Source: Lama glama (lineage: Eukaryota). Taken from it: DNA of 64,000 nucleotides. The notes below the pieces were generated by a model. The model was not told where the DNA came from and did no database searches. It saw only the letters and a program-made list of their open reading frames with translations. The DNA lies in assembly GCA_028534125.1 (NCBI GenBank), contig CM052817.1, positions 34,226,001 through 34,290,000 of the forward strand, read 5' to 3'. A program made the position numbers and the translations under genes. How positions within the stretch are numbered: the stretch's first letter is position 1; every line of letters starts with the position of its first letter. Shown here one piece after another: positions 12,166 through 25,800 of this stretch.

Positions 12166-15017
12166 TGTTCATACATGCTTCTCAGTTGTTTTCTCTTGGG
12201 CACTATGTCTTCTCCCATTGCATGAGGACAGGGCTATTTGTGTTTGCTTGAATCATTAGTATCCTCTCATGACCTACAATAGTATTTTCATATGAAAAAG
12301 GAAAGTAAGCAAAATAGTGTAATTGTCCTTTGAAACCCATGCTCTATATTTATTTGAGCACAACTCCTAACTAAATTCAGTCCTTGGGCAGGATGGTTTT
12401 CCAAGTCTGGAGGCCCATTTTCGGTCTAGAGGAAGCCAGAAAGATTTTCTATCCATGCCATTTGCTAGCTCAGAAGTTTCCATAGCATCCCATCGCCTTA
12501 AGGGAGCAAGTGCATCCTTCCATCATCTATATCTTTCCAGTTTTATCTCCTGCATCAGCGCTATGTTTGTCTTCTCCAGCCAGACTAGTGTATCCACTAC
12601 TTCTCCCAATGGCCGTGAGCCACTCTTCCTCCATATTCTTTCTCATTCCTTTCCCTCATCTGAAACACCCTCCTTCATCTCCTCTGTCCAGCTATGCAGA
12701 CCCACCCCATCCATCATGGCCTCTTTCCTTCTCCACTTGCTGAAATCCAACTAATCTTTTGACTCGCATCATGACTCCTTTAGAAAGTCTTCCCTTAATA
12801 CTCAAGATGGAATGAAATGCTCTGTATCTATTAAGTATCTAGTAATGTTCTCTATAGCATTTTTTCCCAACATTATTCCAGGTCGTGTCCCAGCACCAGA
12901 GTAGAGCAGTAAAGTGAGGGTCCACAGCACAGAGTCAAGAGCCTAAGTGTATTGATTCAAATCTAGGTTCTGTCACTCACTGGTTCTATGACCTCGGGAA
13001 GCAATGTAACCTATCCATGTTTCAGTTTCTTTCTCTATAAAATGAAGACCACTATAGTACCTATCTTACAGAGTTTTATGAGGATTAAATACATTCATAT
13101 GTAAAATATTTGGAAGAGTGCCTCTACTCTTGAGTGTTTGCTACTAGTGTTGCCACTGGTGCTGGTGGTTGGCAGTTCATTTTCATTCCACTTGATTTTG
13201 GGAATACAACAGAACAGTTGGATTTCTTTCCAGGTGTTTAAAATATATACCTTAATTTTATTAAGCAATGGGTGCCTCATTTTTCCCCCTTTCTTTCTCA
13301 GTTTGAAGGTACAGGTGAGTTAAATCCATTATAAGGAATTCTTGGCACTGTGAACAATTTCACTGGTTTCTTTTCTGCATATACGATGTACAACCATATA
13401 CAACTCTTATTTATTGAATTACCCCCCTGTGAGGAACAGAAAGATAAAGACAAGCTCCTTCCCTGAACCACTATCTACAGAACCACTGTCTCTTCAGGAA
13501 GATCAGCATAGACACAACTCACTTCCCAGTATCTACTGTATGCCACATAGTCTGCAGTTCTTTTATTTCTATCTTAAGATTTCAGCTTTCCTCAGCCTCC
13601 TATTCACGTCTTTTTTTTATATATATAATTTTGAAATCCAAGATGCATTAGTCCATTTGAACCAGTCTCTTGCTTTAATGTGGGGACACAAGATGTTAGT
13701 TGTAATCTATTAGTGCCTGATGAAACTGTTTTTGAAACCCTGCCCATTAACCTTTAACCCTGAGGCCCGTGCATAGTTTCCTCTTTCATTAAATGATTCC
13801 CTCACTTACCAGTGGTATTTATGAGTTCTTGGCCCGGCTTGAACCTTCCTGGCCTAGTCCAGAGACTGGGGAGTTTCCAGAATGATCCTCCCAGGCTTCT
13901 CTGGGGACACATCTCTGGCTGCCCCATTTGTCTCCCACCTCAATTCACTCCCTTCTCCAGCAAGTACAGTTGCCTCTGGTCCTCACTGTGGTGGTTATGC
14001 AGCTTTGCACTTACTTTTATAGATGTTTAATCAGGTGTGCAGGTGAAAAGATGAAAAGTGAAGGGTAGATGTTTCTAAATATTTCTTCAGAAAACAAATT
14101 CAGTAATATTCAGTCTAGCCTCTCGTCTTCCCCAGAGGCTCTGGCCTCAGCATCTCCTTTTCAGCGGCAGCCCGAGACACTGATTCCTTGAAGGTGAAGC
14201 CTGAAACGACAGCTTAATACCCATGAAATTGTTTTTTCATGCCTATTAGTGTCCTCGCTCTTCATGCTAGATAAACAGGCTCAGAAGTGGTTTATATGCC
14301 AGGTTGTTTTCCTTCTGAAAGATGATCCTTAAAGTAACTTCAGAAAACAGAAGGGCAGCTCTAGAGATGAAAAAAAGGGAAGCCATGACTATGTTTAAAA
14401 GCCTTTCCGTAGCTAAGATGCTGTTCACAGAAGCTGTAAAATAATCTTCCACCAGTTACTAACTTTAAAGTAATTGAGAACAATAGGACTTACAAGAAAA
14501 AAAAAATACCTCTGAGGATAGTGTCTTGGGTCATTTTCCTGAAGGTAGTTGAGATGAAACAAAAAGTACTCCATAGCCTGTTATGGGCCACTTCAGGAGA
14601 TAAAACTCTGAGTATTTAACTCTTGAAAGGGACAGAGAGTTAGCAAATAATGGCGTGGATGAGCAAGGTTGTGGTAATGGCTCATTTTCCTGAAAAATCA
14701 ACAAGACTGGCCAAGAAAGAATGGACCTTCCAGATTGCTTTGGAAATCCTCCAGTACGTAAGTTTCACCTTTACGATATCTTTGTAATCCAGGGTCAGGG
14801 ACTGTGGGTCAGCTTTCCCAAATGCACTCAATGCCCTTGAGCACAAAGGGAAGAACCCACACAGTTTAAGATTCTAGCTTGGAGAAGTTGGATGGAAGAT
14901 TAGAAGACACACTAAAACCCATCTCAGGAAGCTGGAGAGACGGCCTTTCCCAGGGGGGCTATGACCATGCTAGAATCCCAAGTGTTTTGGTGGACAGAGC
15001 CCTGGCTTTTATTCAGG

Positions 15018-15445
15018 TACAGGGATCCCCTGCTTTCTGACAGTTCACTTTACTGCACTTGGCTTTTATGGAAGACCTACATTAGTATCTGCTTTATTTA
15101 ACCAAAAGAAATCCACAGAGGATCTTCAGTATTACAAAAAAAAAAATAAAAAAGGCAAAAAGTGAAAAGACGGTTCGGTGTTGGTTTTGCAACAGCCGTT
15201 ATAGAGGCAGCGTGCACCTGAGCAGTGAGAGCAGCACCGCCAAGCTCCCTCCCCAGGATCTACACTCAACATCTCAGCACCCAGCTGCCATAGCTCTGAG
15301 CTGTGTCTGTGAGCATCGGTGTTTCATCTTAATTTATTCTGTGCCTACATTAGCAAGACGTATTCTAAGGTAATTGCCTTTATGCCATTTCAGCTTAGGA
15401 AACGTTTCACAGGAACCTCGACTTTCCAATAGTAGGGGGAAATTT
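15018..15445. mobile_element. Non-autonomous TcMar/Tigger-like DNA transposon
   Basis: Imperfect terminal inverted repeats: cccctgctttctgacagt on the left versus cccctactattggaaagt (reverse complement of the right end). It starts after TA. Confidence 0.6.
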
Positions 15446-16629
15446 TGAACACTCCAATAAAATGGCTATAGCATTTACAAAAGATTGGAGGATGCCACGT
15501 GATTCTCCAGGCCAAGGACTACCACTGGGCTATGAAGTTCAATCAATGGCCACAAAATGAGAGGAATAAAGAAGGATTTGAAATCTCTAAGCTCAAAGAG
15601 ATAAACAGAGAGATGAGACCTTCAGAGGCAGACAGAGAAGCAGAAGCTGCAGGATCTCCATTCACGGTTCTCAGAAAAACAAAGTTGCGTCAGACGAGAC
15701 TGAATGACGAGAGGATTTGACAGCAGGTTCCAAGGAATACACAAAAGGGAGGCAGGAGGATGGTTCTTGTTGAAGAAGGGTTTTCTGGAACGTCATCAAA
15801 GAGGACCCTATCTAATTAGTCAGAGCCTATCAGAGACACTCGTGAAAAGAAGCTTAAAACCAACACTCATTAAAATGAAGGTCAGATTCTTTGGTCTCAA
15901 TGAAAGGACCTTTGTCAGAAGGTAATTCAAGGTGCTCTTTACTGAAAAAAAAAAAACTGGGTGAGATGCTGACATGAGAGCATAGAAGTACTTCTCCCCA
16001 ATTAAAATAAAAATAGAAGGAAAACCAGCTGTGTCAGTGTCTTTCTCTTACCTTATTTTATCTTCTCAACAATATGTAAGGTTATAAAAAAGGAAACAGA
16101 GGCTCAGGGAAGCAAAGCAGTTTTACCAGTGTTACCTAGCTAGGAAGTTTCCTCCCAAATTTAAATCTGGAATTGAACGTTTCCAGGGTCCTTCCTATTT
16201 CTGCAGCATGCTGCCTCCATATGGGCAGTGGTCTCTGTGTGGATGAAAGAGGAAAAAGACCAAGATAATGCTTGGAAGAGGAAAGTATGAGGTCTTTCTG
16301 TGAATGATTTGTATCAGAGAAAGAAACTACGAATGGAGATAAAAAATCCTCTCTTGGAACCTCAGAGCTGGTTACATAAGCACCAGCTGGATACTGGGGA
16401 TGAGGTATTAAATGTGCAATCACTCTTCTGCAGACCTGAAAAGCGCTCAGCCAGATGGCTAGTGATCAGCACGGACTCTTGAGGGAAATCACTGCATCCC
16501 AGTTACTGACAGACACCTTACTGAGGATAAGTAACATGGAAAAAAATCAACTTGAGACTCACAGGAAAAGTATTGACAAATCAAGATAAAGGGAATAGGA
16601 GACTGACAATACAGGAGTCATTCTTCAGA

Positions 16630-16852
16630 GCAGGAGTGGCAAGCTATTTTGTAAAGGTCCAAATGGTAAATTTTCTAGGTGCTGCAGACCATACTGTTTC
16701 TGTCACAATTACCAACTCTAAGGAAAGGCATGAAAGCTGTCATAGACAATACGTAATGAAAGGGCGTGGCTGCGTCCTGATAAAATTCTATTTATCAAAA
16801 CAGATGGCAGACCAGATTTGGCCCATGAGCTGGAGTTGCCAATCTTTGCTCT
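16630..16852. mobile_element. hAT-Charlie MER58A-like DNA transposon
   Basis: caggagtggcaagctattttgtaaaggtccaaatggtaaat...ccagatttggcccatgagctggagttgccaatc. Confidence 0.7.
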
Positions 16853-17016
16853 AAGAATAAGGAAATTAAGAAATATAAATGATCAATAAACACTTGAAAA
16901 ATATTCAGTTTAGTAGGATTCCAAAAATTACACATCTAAACAGTAATGCAATTGTTGATCAACAAACAAGTGACAAAATATTTTTCAAGAAGTTATTGTT
17001 AGAAGAGGTTCAGGAG

Positions 17017-17352
17017 CCACTGGTGCTGCGCTGAGATGCTTCAAAGCCTTATTAAGAATGTCTGGATCCCCATGAAGCCCTACTACACCCGAGCTTACCA
17101 GGAGATTTGGGTAGGAGTGGGGTTGATGGGCTTCATTGTTTATAAAATCAGGAGTGCTGATAAAAGAAGTAAAGCCTTGAAGGCTCCCAGTCCTGCACCT
17201 GCTCATGGTCACCATTAACCAGCATTATGTGGATAGAACATCAGTCTGGCCGTGTTGGTTGGGAACGTGAGACATCGCGTTGACTTGTGGACATGCCGCT
17301 GCCCTCATGCATGAATAAGCATACCTGTGAGAACCACGCAAAAAAAAAAAAA
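17017..17352 (+). pseudogene. ATP5MJ: Processed retrocopy of ATP synthase membrane subunit 6.8PL (MP68/C14orf2), ORF intact at 17036-17218
   Basis: The [63 protein letters not shown] matches mammalian 6.8PL end to end and is intronless. It is followed by ~120 nt of 3' UTR, AATAAG at 17314-17319 and an A-tail at 17340-17352. Imperfect flanking direct repeat: agaggttcaggag (17004-17016) / agagattcagtag (17362-17374). Confidence 0.95.
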
Positions 17353-17475
17353 GAGAGAGAGAGAGATTCAGTAGGATGATTTTATATACTTCTGACAAAA
17401 ATATAAATAGGTATAATTTAGCTTAAAATTACGTGTTGTAGAAAAGTATGTATATATGTGTAATATATATGTATG

Positions 17476-17910
17476 TTATGTTAAGTGAAACAAGTCGCAG
17501 AGTGAAAGACAAATATTGTATGATATCACTTTTACATGGATTTTTAAAAAGTCAAACTCACAGAAACAGAGACTAGAATGGTGGTTACCAGGAGCTGGGG
17601 GTTGGGATAAATGGGGAGATACTGATCAAAGGGTACAAACTTTCAGTTATCAGATGACTAAGTTCTGGGGATCTAATGCACAGCATGATTATGGTTAACA
17701 CTATATTGTACACTTGAAAGTTGCAGAGAAAGTAGAGATCAAATATTTTCACCACAAAAAAGGCAATTATGTGAGGTGATAGATGTGTTAACTAACCTTA
17801 TTGTGGTAATCATTTCACAATATGTATGTGTATCAAGTCATCACATTCTACCCCTTAACTTTACACAATGTTATATGTCAATTATATCTCAGTTAAGCTG
17901 GAAAAAAACA
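17476..17910 (+). mobile_element. LINE-1 3' end fragment (L1MA/MB-like)
   Basis: ttatgttaagtgaaacaagtc...gaatggtggttaccagg...aagggtacaaactttcagttat...tgtcaattatatctcag. Confidence 0.8.
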
Positions 17911-20900
17911 TACACGTGCATATATATGTGCCAATTTTGTAAATATATATTTAAACTGTATAAGATGAAGACAGGGCAACGATCATAAAACATTAACAGT
18001 GAGTTAGGATATAAGAATATAGGAGCGTGCATCTTCGTCTTTCTGTATTTGAATTTTTCTACATAAACATTTTGTAATCAGCAAAAAATTTTAAGATACA
18101 AAAGGAAACTCATAGGTTTTTGAGGCAGACCTGATCTGAAATCTCTGTTACACTCTAGCTGATGATATTGGGCAAATTACTTTATACCTTTGACTCTCAA
18201 TTTTCTCATTAAAAAAAAAATTAATTACATTTACTTCCCATAAAGGTTTTCAAGGAGTTCATATATATAGAAAGCATCTGGCATATATTAGCTTCTCAAT
18301 AAATATTAGTTACACTTTCGGAAAGATACAAATCTGGGATCGCACAGAAAAGGCTGAGAGATTAGGAAACTTGGGAATGATCGTTGTAAAAGTTTTGAAA
18401 GTTGAAGTGTGGGACGGCCAAGGGAGTTTTCGCTCATGGTGGGGGGAGCAGGTCAGGAGGGAAGAGACAGATGGAGAGTGAAAGAGAAGGAGACAGAAAG
18501 AGGGGGAGAGTAGGGTGGGAGAGGAGAGAGAGAGAGAAAGGGAGGTTGACTCTTGTTTCAGAGAGATTTCTGTGAATAGTGGGTAATGGATGTTTTTCCT
18601 TGTCAGGATTCAGGAGACTGTAAAACAGTTTCAATCAGGATCTGAGACAGAACTGCAGGAAGAAAGCACTCTGGTTTCTTTTCTGAACACAAGAGCTGAA
18701 AGAACAACCTTCTCTTCAAGGGAAGCCAGCCAAGAGGCCCTGGGGACTAGGGGCCAGGGCCAAAGTCAGGGTTGAACACAACAGAACGCTCGGACAGTGA
18801 GCTTGATGAACAGGTGCGCCTTGCGAGGAAGGTGGTGGCTGCATCACAGAGCCCACCGCTGAGAGCTTGTTCCCTAAAAGTCCCACAGGCTGCAGAACTC
18901 CTTGACGAGCCTCGGGTCGCAGTGGAAGCACTCAGGGAGGTGATGGAGGAGAATGGGAGACAAGAAGCAAGGAATACCAGAGAGACACAGTGAGAAAGGA
19001 TTCGTCTCTCCCAGCAGGGTCTTTGGAGGGGAGGAAACTCCCACATCGCTGTTCAGGTCACCAGGGAATCTTCCGCTGACAGAGCCCCTGACGAGACACC
19101 AGAGAGGCGTCAGCAGCAGTTGGGCAAAGAGTTCCTCAAATGTGCATTGCTCTTCTCTCCTCCGAGCACCACACGAGGTGCATCATCACATTAGAAGCAC
19201 TTCCCAAATGCTCCTTGTCTTCTCTCTTCCCAACATTCCCGCCCCCACCCTACACCCCACTAAACACACAGGGGTGCGTACATGCATGTGCACACACGTC
19301 TGCTCTTTTGGCTGACTCCTTTTTTAGACCTTTATTTCTCAACGTTGGCACCCCTGTCTCTGACCTCCAGGAAGGTTAGCTGTGGCTTCTAGAACCGTAC
19401 GCTGAAACCTGTGTGGCCCTCGTTGCTCTGCAGTGGTATTGCCTGCATGTTTGTCTATCTCACTCACCAGACTGTGGTGTGAAATTTGAGGACAGAGATG
19501 CTCTCTCATGGTCCTGGTTGCCTTAGGTTCCCAGCACAGCATCCGGCTCACTAATGTAGCTGGTCTTCTCTTACAGTCACTTTGGCATGTCTCCTTCACC
19601 AGCACACCAGCAGCTCCCCTTGGTGCTTTAAGACCCGACTCCTAGCACACGAGGCACAGTGATCTCATGAGTCATAGGGTGAGAAGCAAAGGGGAGCCGC
19701 AGGCAGCAGAGACCTGTACACAACAGCGCATGATGCGCTTGGGCTGCAGCAACAGAGAGAACCAGAGCTGCAAACCAATTGCACAATTTCAGTCTAACTC
19801 ACCTTCTGTCAGTCTTCCCCTGTGTCTCACGTTCCTTGCGATATAGTAAAGCGTTTGCCAAAGACTGGGGAGAGATAAGTGTACAAAATCTGTCTACCAA
19901 TCTCCAGTTTGACTGCTTGTTCTTGCTCTCCATACAATCTTGAATGTAAACCTGTAGTCTCTCTCTCCTTGGCAATAGTCGGCAACCCATTCTTGGTAGA
20001 ACTGTGGACATGATGCCCTAGTTTGTGAGGAAATCAGAACAATAACTACTATTTACTGAGTGCTTACTCTAAGTCATGTCCTGTGCTAAATGTTTTATAT
20101 ACATTATTTCATTTAGTCCTACAACAAAACTCCGAGATGAACATTATTGTCCCAATTTTGCAGATGAAGAAACTAATGGAGTTTGAGTAAGCTGTCCAAG
20201 GTCAACATCGAAAAAGTGTTATAGTCAGGATTTGAAACAAGTCTTTCTGTCCTGTCTAAACTGTACTGCCAAGAATTTTGGATAAAAGGGACTCACTAGA
20301 GATCACTCAACAAAAGTTTAGTTAGGAAAGAGCCCAATCACAAATTAAATGTTCAACTACGATGGTGAGTTATCTAAAAGTCCAGGGGTCAGTTGGACTA
20401 CTGAGAAGCATTTAGCCTTTAAGAGACTTAGGTTGTAGGGGTAGCAATCACAGACCTCAAAAGCATGTTGGAAGATGACCCCAATTAACACCACTGGGCA
20501 TACTCAGTTTGGCTGTAATATCATGTAACTACTACAACATCCTTAAAGCTCCAGGTTCTGTTTTCAGAGTCACTGATGACAGGTTTGTTTTCAGAAAAAA
20601 CAGGTAGAGTGGGATAAAGATTCCCAGTGGATATTTAGTCTCTAGCGGTGTCTATGACCCACATTTTAAGCCCTAGAAAAAAACACAGAACACTTGCCAA
20701 AAGGTCTGTCCATCATGTTGGTTCAGACAAAGATAAACCCAATTAGGTATAACTAACAAAATGAAGAAAGTTGCTGAGTAGAGGAAAATTCCTCACCGTT
20801 AGAAAAGGCAGCAAGACAAATCTACTTTTCTAGGGGGTTTAAGAGTGCCTGGGGTAATGGGATTAACTTTGACATCTGTGCTTAGATTCCAACCTTTGGT

Positions 20901-21032
20901 GGTAGGAAAGCTTATAGCTTAATTTTGCAAGACCCAGCATGGAACCTTTGTTGGCCAGTAGGGAGATGGCGTCTGAGAAAATTGGATTAGAGCTTCTGAT
21001 ATAAGGACTTGCAAGATCAAGAAAAAGTGCAA

Positions 21033-21440
21033 TTGAAATCGTCATTCTAAGTGAAACAAGACAGAAAGAGAAAGAAAAATATTGTATGATATCACTCATA
21101 TGTGGAATCTAAAAAAAAAAAGACACAAATGAACTTATTTACAAAACAGAAACTGACTCACAAACATAGAAAACGAACATGGTTACTGTGGGGGAAGGGT
21201 GTGAGAAAGGATAAATAAGGAGTTCAAGATTTGCAGATACTAACTACTATATATAAAATAGATATATAATAAGTTTCTCCTGTATAGCACAGGAAACTAT
21301 ATTCAATATCTTGCAGTAACCCATAATGAAAAAGAATATGAAAACAAATATATGTATGTATATGTATGACTGAAACATTGTGCTATACACCAGAAACTGA
21401 CACAACATTGTAAACTGACTATACTTCAATAAAAAAAAAT
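21033..21440 (+). mobile_element. LINE-1 3' end
   Basis: cattctaagtgaa...atgatatcactcatatgtggaatct...actatacttcaataaaaaaaaa; near-identical organisation to the copies at 7156 and 33222. Confidence 0.88.
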
Positions 21441-22819
21441 TCTTAAAAACAAAACAAAATAAATACTGCCTTTCCTTTAAAAAAAATAAGCAATTGTACC
21501 AGACAAGTCTTTCCTTGTGTGATATTTTAATTTCAGAAAAGGCTACAAGCGGGATAACCAAACCATCCCTGATCTGTCCCATCCAGCGAGTAAGCTGATC
21601 CTGGACTGCAACAGCTTTTGCTCCTGGTAACTGGGAAGGATAAATCCTTCTTAAAGATCATAGTTTTGAGCCCTTATTTCCCTCTTTTTAGAAAAAAGGA
21701 CAACAGATCATGAAAAGTAAATTCCAAGAAGAAAGACTCCTCCACGTTCACTTGTTACAGATGTTCCTACTTGTATTTCATCACCCATATCAATCAGCAA
21801 CCACCTTCCCTTGTTCTACCCCAAAACTACCCATGAGCTTGTCTCAGTGGTGATGCCCTTCCCAATGTTCTCATAACCCCTATCATGTACCCTACTGCAT
21901 TATAATATAATAATGTGTCATCCCATATGAGGATGTAAGCTCTTTGTCTTACTCATTTTTGTAGGTCACTGTCTAGCACAGTGTTATATACATAGCAAGT
22001 TCTCAAGAAAGGTTTCTTCAGTGGATTCCCATATGAAAGGATGAGTGAGTAAATGGTTGATCCACAGGTCCTCTGAAGACTTGCTTTAGGAAGATGTGCC
22101 TGGGTGATCTTTCAGAACATTCTGGCTACTTCTGCATCCTTCAGATGAATTACTTAACATCACCGAAGTTCAGTTTTCTTACTTACAAAATGAAAGCAGT
22201 GCTACCCATTCCATTGGGCTGTGGTAAAGCTCAAAATAAGTACTTCATGCTGGGTGCCTGCCTATCCATGAACCGGACGCCGTTCCTTCTCTGTGTTCAG
22301 TCTATCTTCTACTGGAAGAGGTTAGCCAGTGCTGCCCTGGGGCAGCAGCCATGCTACAGTGGGGGTAAAATAGTAACTTGATGTTTGAGTCTGATGTGTG
22401 CAGAGGATTTTTACCTGGCAGGGTAGGGGCAGTGATGAGGATCACATCAGTTCCCCAGTTCAGCCTACCTTACAGTGGAAGCTTTGTAAATTTGAGTACT
22501 TAAAAACCAATGAACTTTTCTACAAAACAGAAACAGACTCACAGACATATGAGAACCATAAGAACAAACTTATAGTTATCAGGGGATTAAGGGGGTGAGA
22601 AGGGATAAATTGAGAATTCAAAATTTGCACCTCTTGGGGAGTGATGGAAATGTTAGCTTTCTTGATTGTGGTGGTGGTTTCATTGGTGGATACCTCTATC
22701 AATAGTCATCAAATTGTACATATGAAATATGTATAATTTACTGTACAGGAATCATACCATAATAAAGGTGTAAACAAACAAACCAACAAACATAAAAATA
22801 GTGCCCAAACGTAAACTTC

Positions 22820-25800
22820 CCATAATGTTAAAGAATAAATACTGTGAGGAACCTCTTTGTCTCACAACACCTAAAAATGCATGGATAAAAGATGTTAAAA
22901 TGCTTGTCTAAACTGTCAGCAAAATGATGGGAATCACTGGAGGCTAAAAATACAAGAAAGCACAAAGCTTCAGAGGCAACCACCCTGAAGAAACAGGTCT
23001 CTGTGGTCATTGACTTATCACTGGTGGCCTAGAGCCTTTATTTTAATGGGCATCAAGCAAAGAGGGGGAGACAATGCCTAGGATTTGAATCAGGTGAAGA
23101 CAGAAGAAGATCCCTAAATAAATAGTTCAAGACCCAGAAGACCCATTTTTGATGCGAGGGTAAACCAAAAGAGGAAAATCTATCCCACAAAAGAAAAGAG
23201 TACAGAAATTTTCTTATCTCAACTTTGCCTCTGAGTAGAGTGTATCTTGAAAATTTCTATTCACAAATGGTCCTCATGAAGGTTTAGAGCCAAAATGTAG
23301 AATTCCTACTACCTATGTTGTCCCCACATACCCAACTTTAGAATTTTATTTAAGCTGATTCAAGATGTATAATGCTTTCCTAGAGAAATATACCTTAAAT
23401 AAAGGCCTCAAATTATTCCCTCAGGTAATTATAAACTCTCTGAATATAAAAATTATAAAACACAGGAGGAAACAAGTCAATTGAGTGAAGATAAGTAGAA
23501 ATAACAAATAACAGGATTATAGCTGCAAAAATGGATGATGCTGGAATTATCAATTAAGAAATACAGACTAAGTAAGTTTGATGAGCTTAATAAAAAAAGA
23601 GAATATTTGGAGTATAACAAGGTACCAGAAACTATAAAATATGATCAGGTGGATTTTGAGAAAAGAGCCAAATAGATCTTCCAGTTAAAAAAAAAAACAC
23701 ATAATAAATGAAACTAGAAATTAAGTGGATGGGTACAGCAATCTATTCAATGGGAGAGAGAATTAATGAGCTGGAAGAAAAAACTTTAGAGTTACCCAAT
23801 ATACAGCAGAGAGAAAAAGAGACTGAAAAAAATAAAACAAAAGTTAAAAGATGTTGAGAGAAGATGGTAGCAGTGGAGGTCTAAGCCATGCTGTTGCCCA
23901 GGGTGTGGCGCTGGCTCTGGGTTTCACTGAGAGGCTCCTGATCAGAGGGACCAATGTGTTGTCGTAACTGGAGAGAATAGACTGAGAAATACACAAGCCA
24001 CTATAAACATTGTTCTGGATGTTCTTGAAACATGAATAACATATTTGGAAAATGAACTCAGAGTGGCCTCTTAAAACTCCAAATTGTCAGTATGCACAGT
24101 TAAGCTCTGGACTGATGCTGGAAATTGATATGAAAATAAGAAGAATAACAGAGCAGCTCATTCTCTGGAACACAGAGATTTGAAAGGCACCAAAAAGAGA
24201 GTCAAATTAGATCTGGAACATAAAAATGAGATCATGGGTGCTCACATTAATGCCTATACCTTCAGAAAGTAGACCATAAATTATGCCAAAGAATTCTCTA
24301 AGGATTTGCCAAGAGCTGTAGACATTCTTGCTGACATAACAATAAACAGTACATTGGACGAAGCAGAGACAGAATATGAGTATAGGATAATCTTTAGGGA
24401 GATGTGCAAAGTCAAAGCCAATTTACAAGAAGCTGTTTTTTACTGTTGTCATGCCACAGCTTATCAAAATACCGCACTGGATGGACAGTTTGGGGACCAA
24501 CTGAAAATGTCAATCTATACATCATAAAGACTTAGTGAACTGTATAAGCACACATTTTTTAACAAGGGGCCAAAAATAGTCTTTGCTGTAACTGGAGGAG
24601 TCTCCTATGATGAACAGCATAAGTTAGCCAAGTTTCATTTTGGTAACTTTGTGTCCACACACAAAGGAAAAATAACAACCTCCTTCCAATTCACAGGGAG
24701 TGAGATTCCTTTGAGGGATGACAAGATGCCTCTGACACACCTTGCAAGAGCCGTCGAAGCTGTTGGCTGGAAATACCCAGATACACTCTCTCTCACAGTT
24801 GCAAACACACTGATTGGCAAGTAGGATTGCCATTTCAGAGGAGGACTGAATGTATTTAGGAAGCCAGCCCAGCTCACCTGTCGTGGCAATCTCTGCCATG
24901 GCTTGAAGTCTTTTCAACATTTCCTACAAAGATGCAGGATTGTGGGGAATCTATATGAGCCATTGCAGACATGCTCCATGTTGTTCAGAAAGACTAGATG
25001 TGACTCTGCATGAGTGTCACTGGAAGTAGAGTTGCACAAAAATTCTCCCAAAAACAAAATATGTTTTTGCAACTCTGTGGTTCAACTCTATGGTGAAGAG
25101 ACTGGTAGGCAAATGCGATGCTGTGATAGAAGACTTCCCATTCCGGAACTTGGAAGCAGGAACTGATGCTGCAGATGCTGAGACAGGGCAAGCGGTGTGC
25201 ACCAAATGTGTTTATGGTAAGAGTTCACCCATTGCTGCTGTTGGTTCCACTGAGCGAGATTTTAACTGGATTTTCAGTAACATATGCTGGTTTTGATTTA
25301 AATTCTTAGTCAAAATATTTTGAACATACTTATTAATAAAAGATCTGCAAGTTTTAAGCTATAAATTATTTTTTAAGTGAACAAATATTTATAATGAAGT
25401 ATATTTGGAAAAGAAGACATGGAGGCTATACTTCAGATATCTAATCAGAGTTCAAGAAAGCGGTAATAGAAAAAATGTAGAATAAGGCAACATTCAAAGA
25501 GATGTTGACTAAGAATTTTTGTGAATTTACAAAGAAATGTTCAGATTTAGGAAGCCCAATGAATTCCTAGCAGAATAAATGACAAGAAATACAAAGCTAG
25601 ATAGATATATTGTAATGATATGGTAGAATTCCAAAAGAAGGGAAGAAAGAATGAAGGGGGAGAGGCGGGGGTGGGAGGAGAAAAGAAAGGAAAGAGAACG
25701 AGAGAAAAGGAAGAAGAAAGAATAAAAGAAAATGAAAAGGAAAAGAAAGAAAATCTTATAGGCAGCCAGAGAAAAACACATTACTGAGAAAGGAACAAAT

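Noticed and set aside
24306..24527. 73-aa ORF with M16 peptidase similarity as a functional CDS
   Set aside because: It is an internal fragment of the multiply disrupted PMPCB processed pseudogene.
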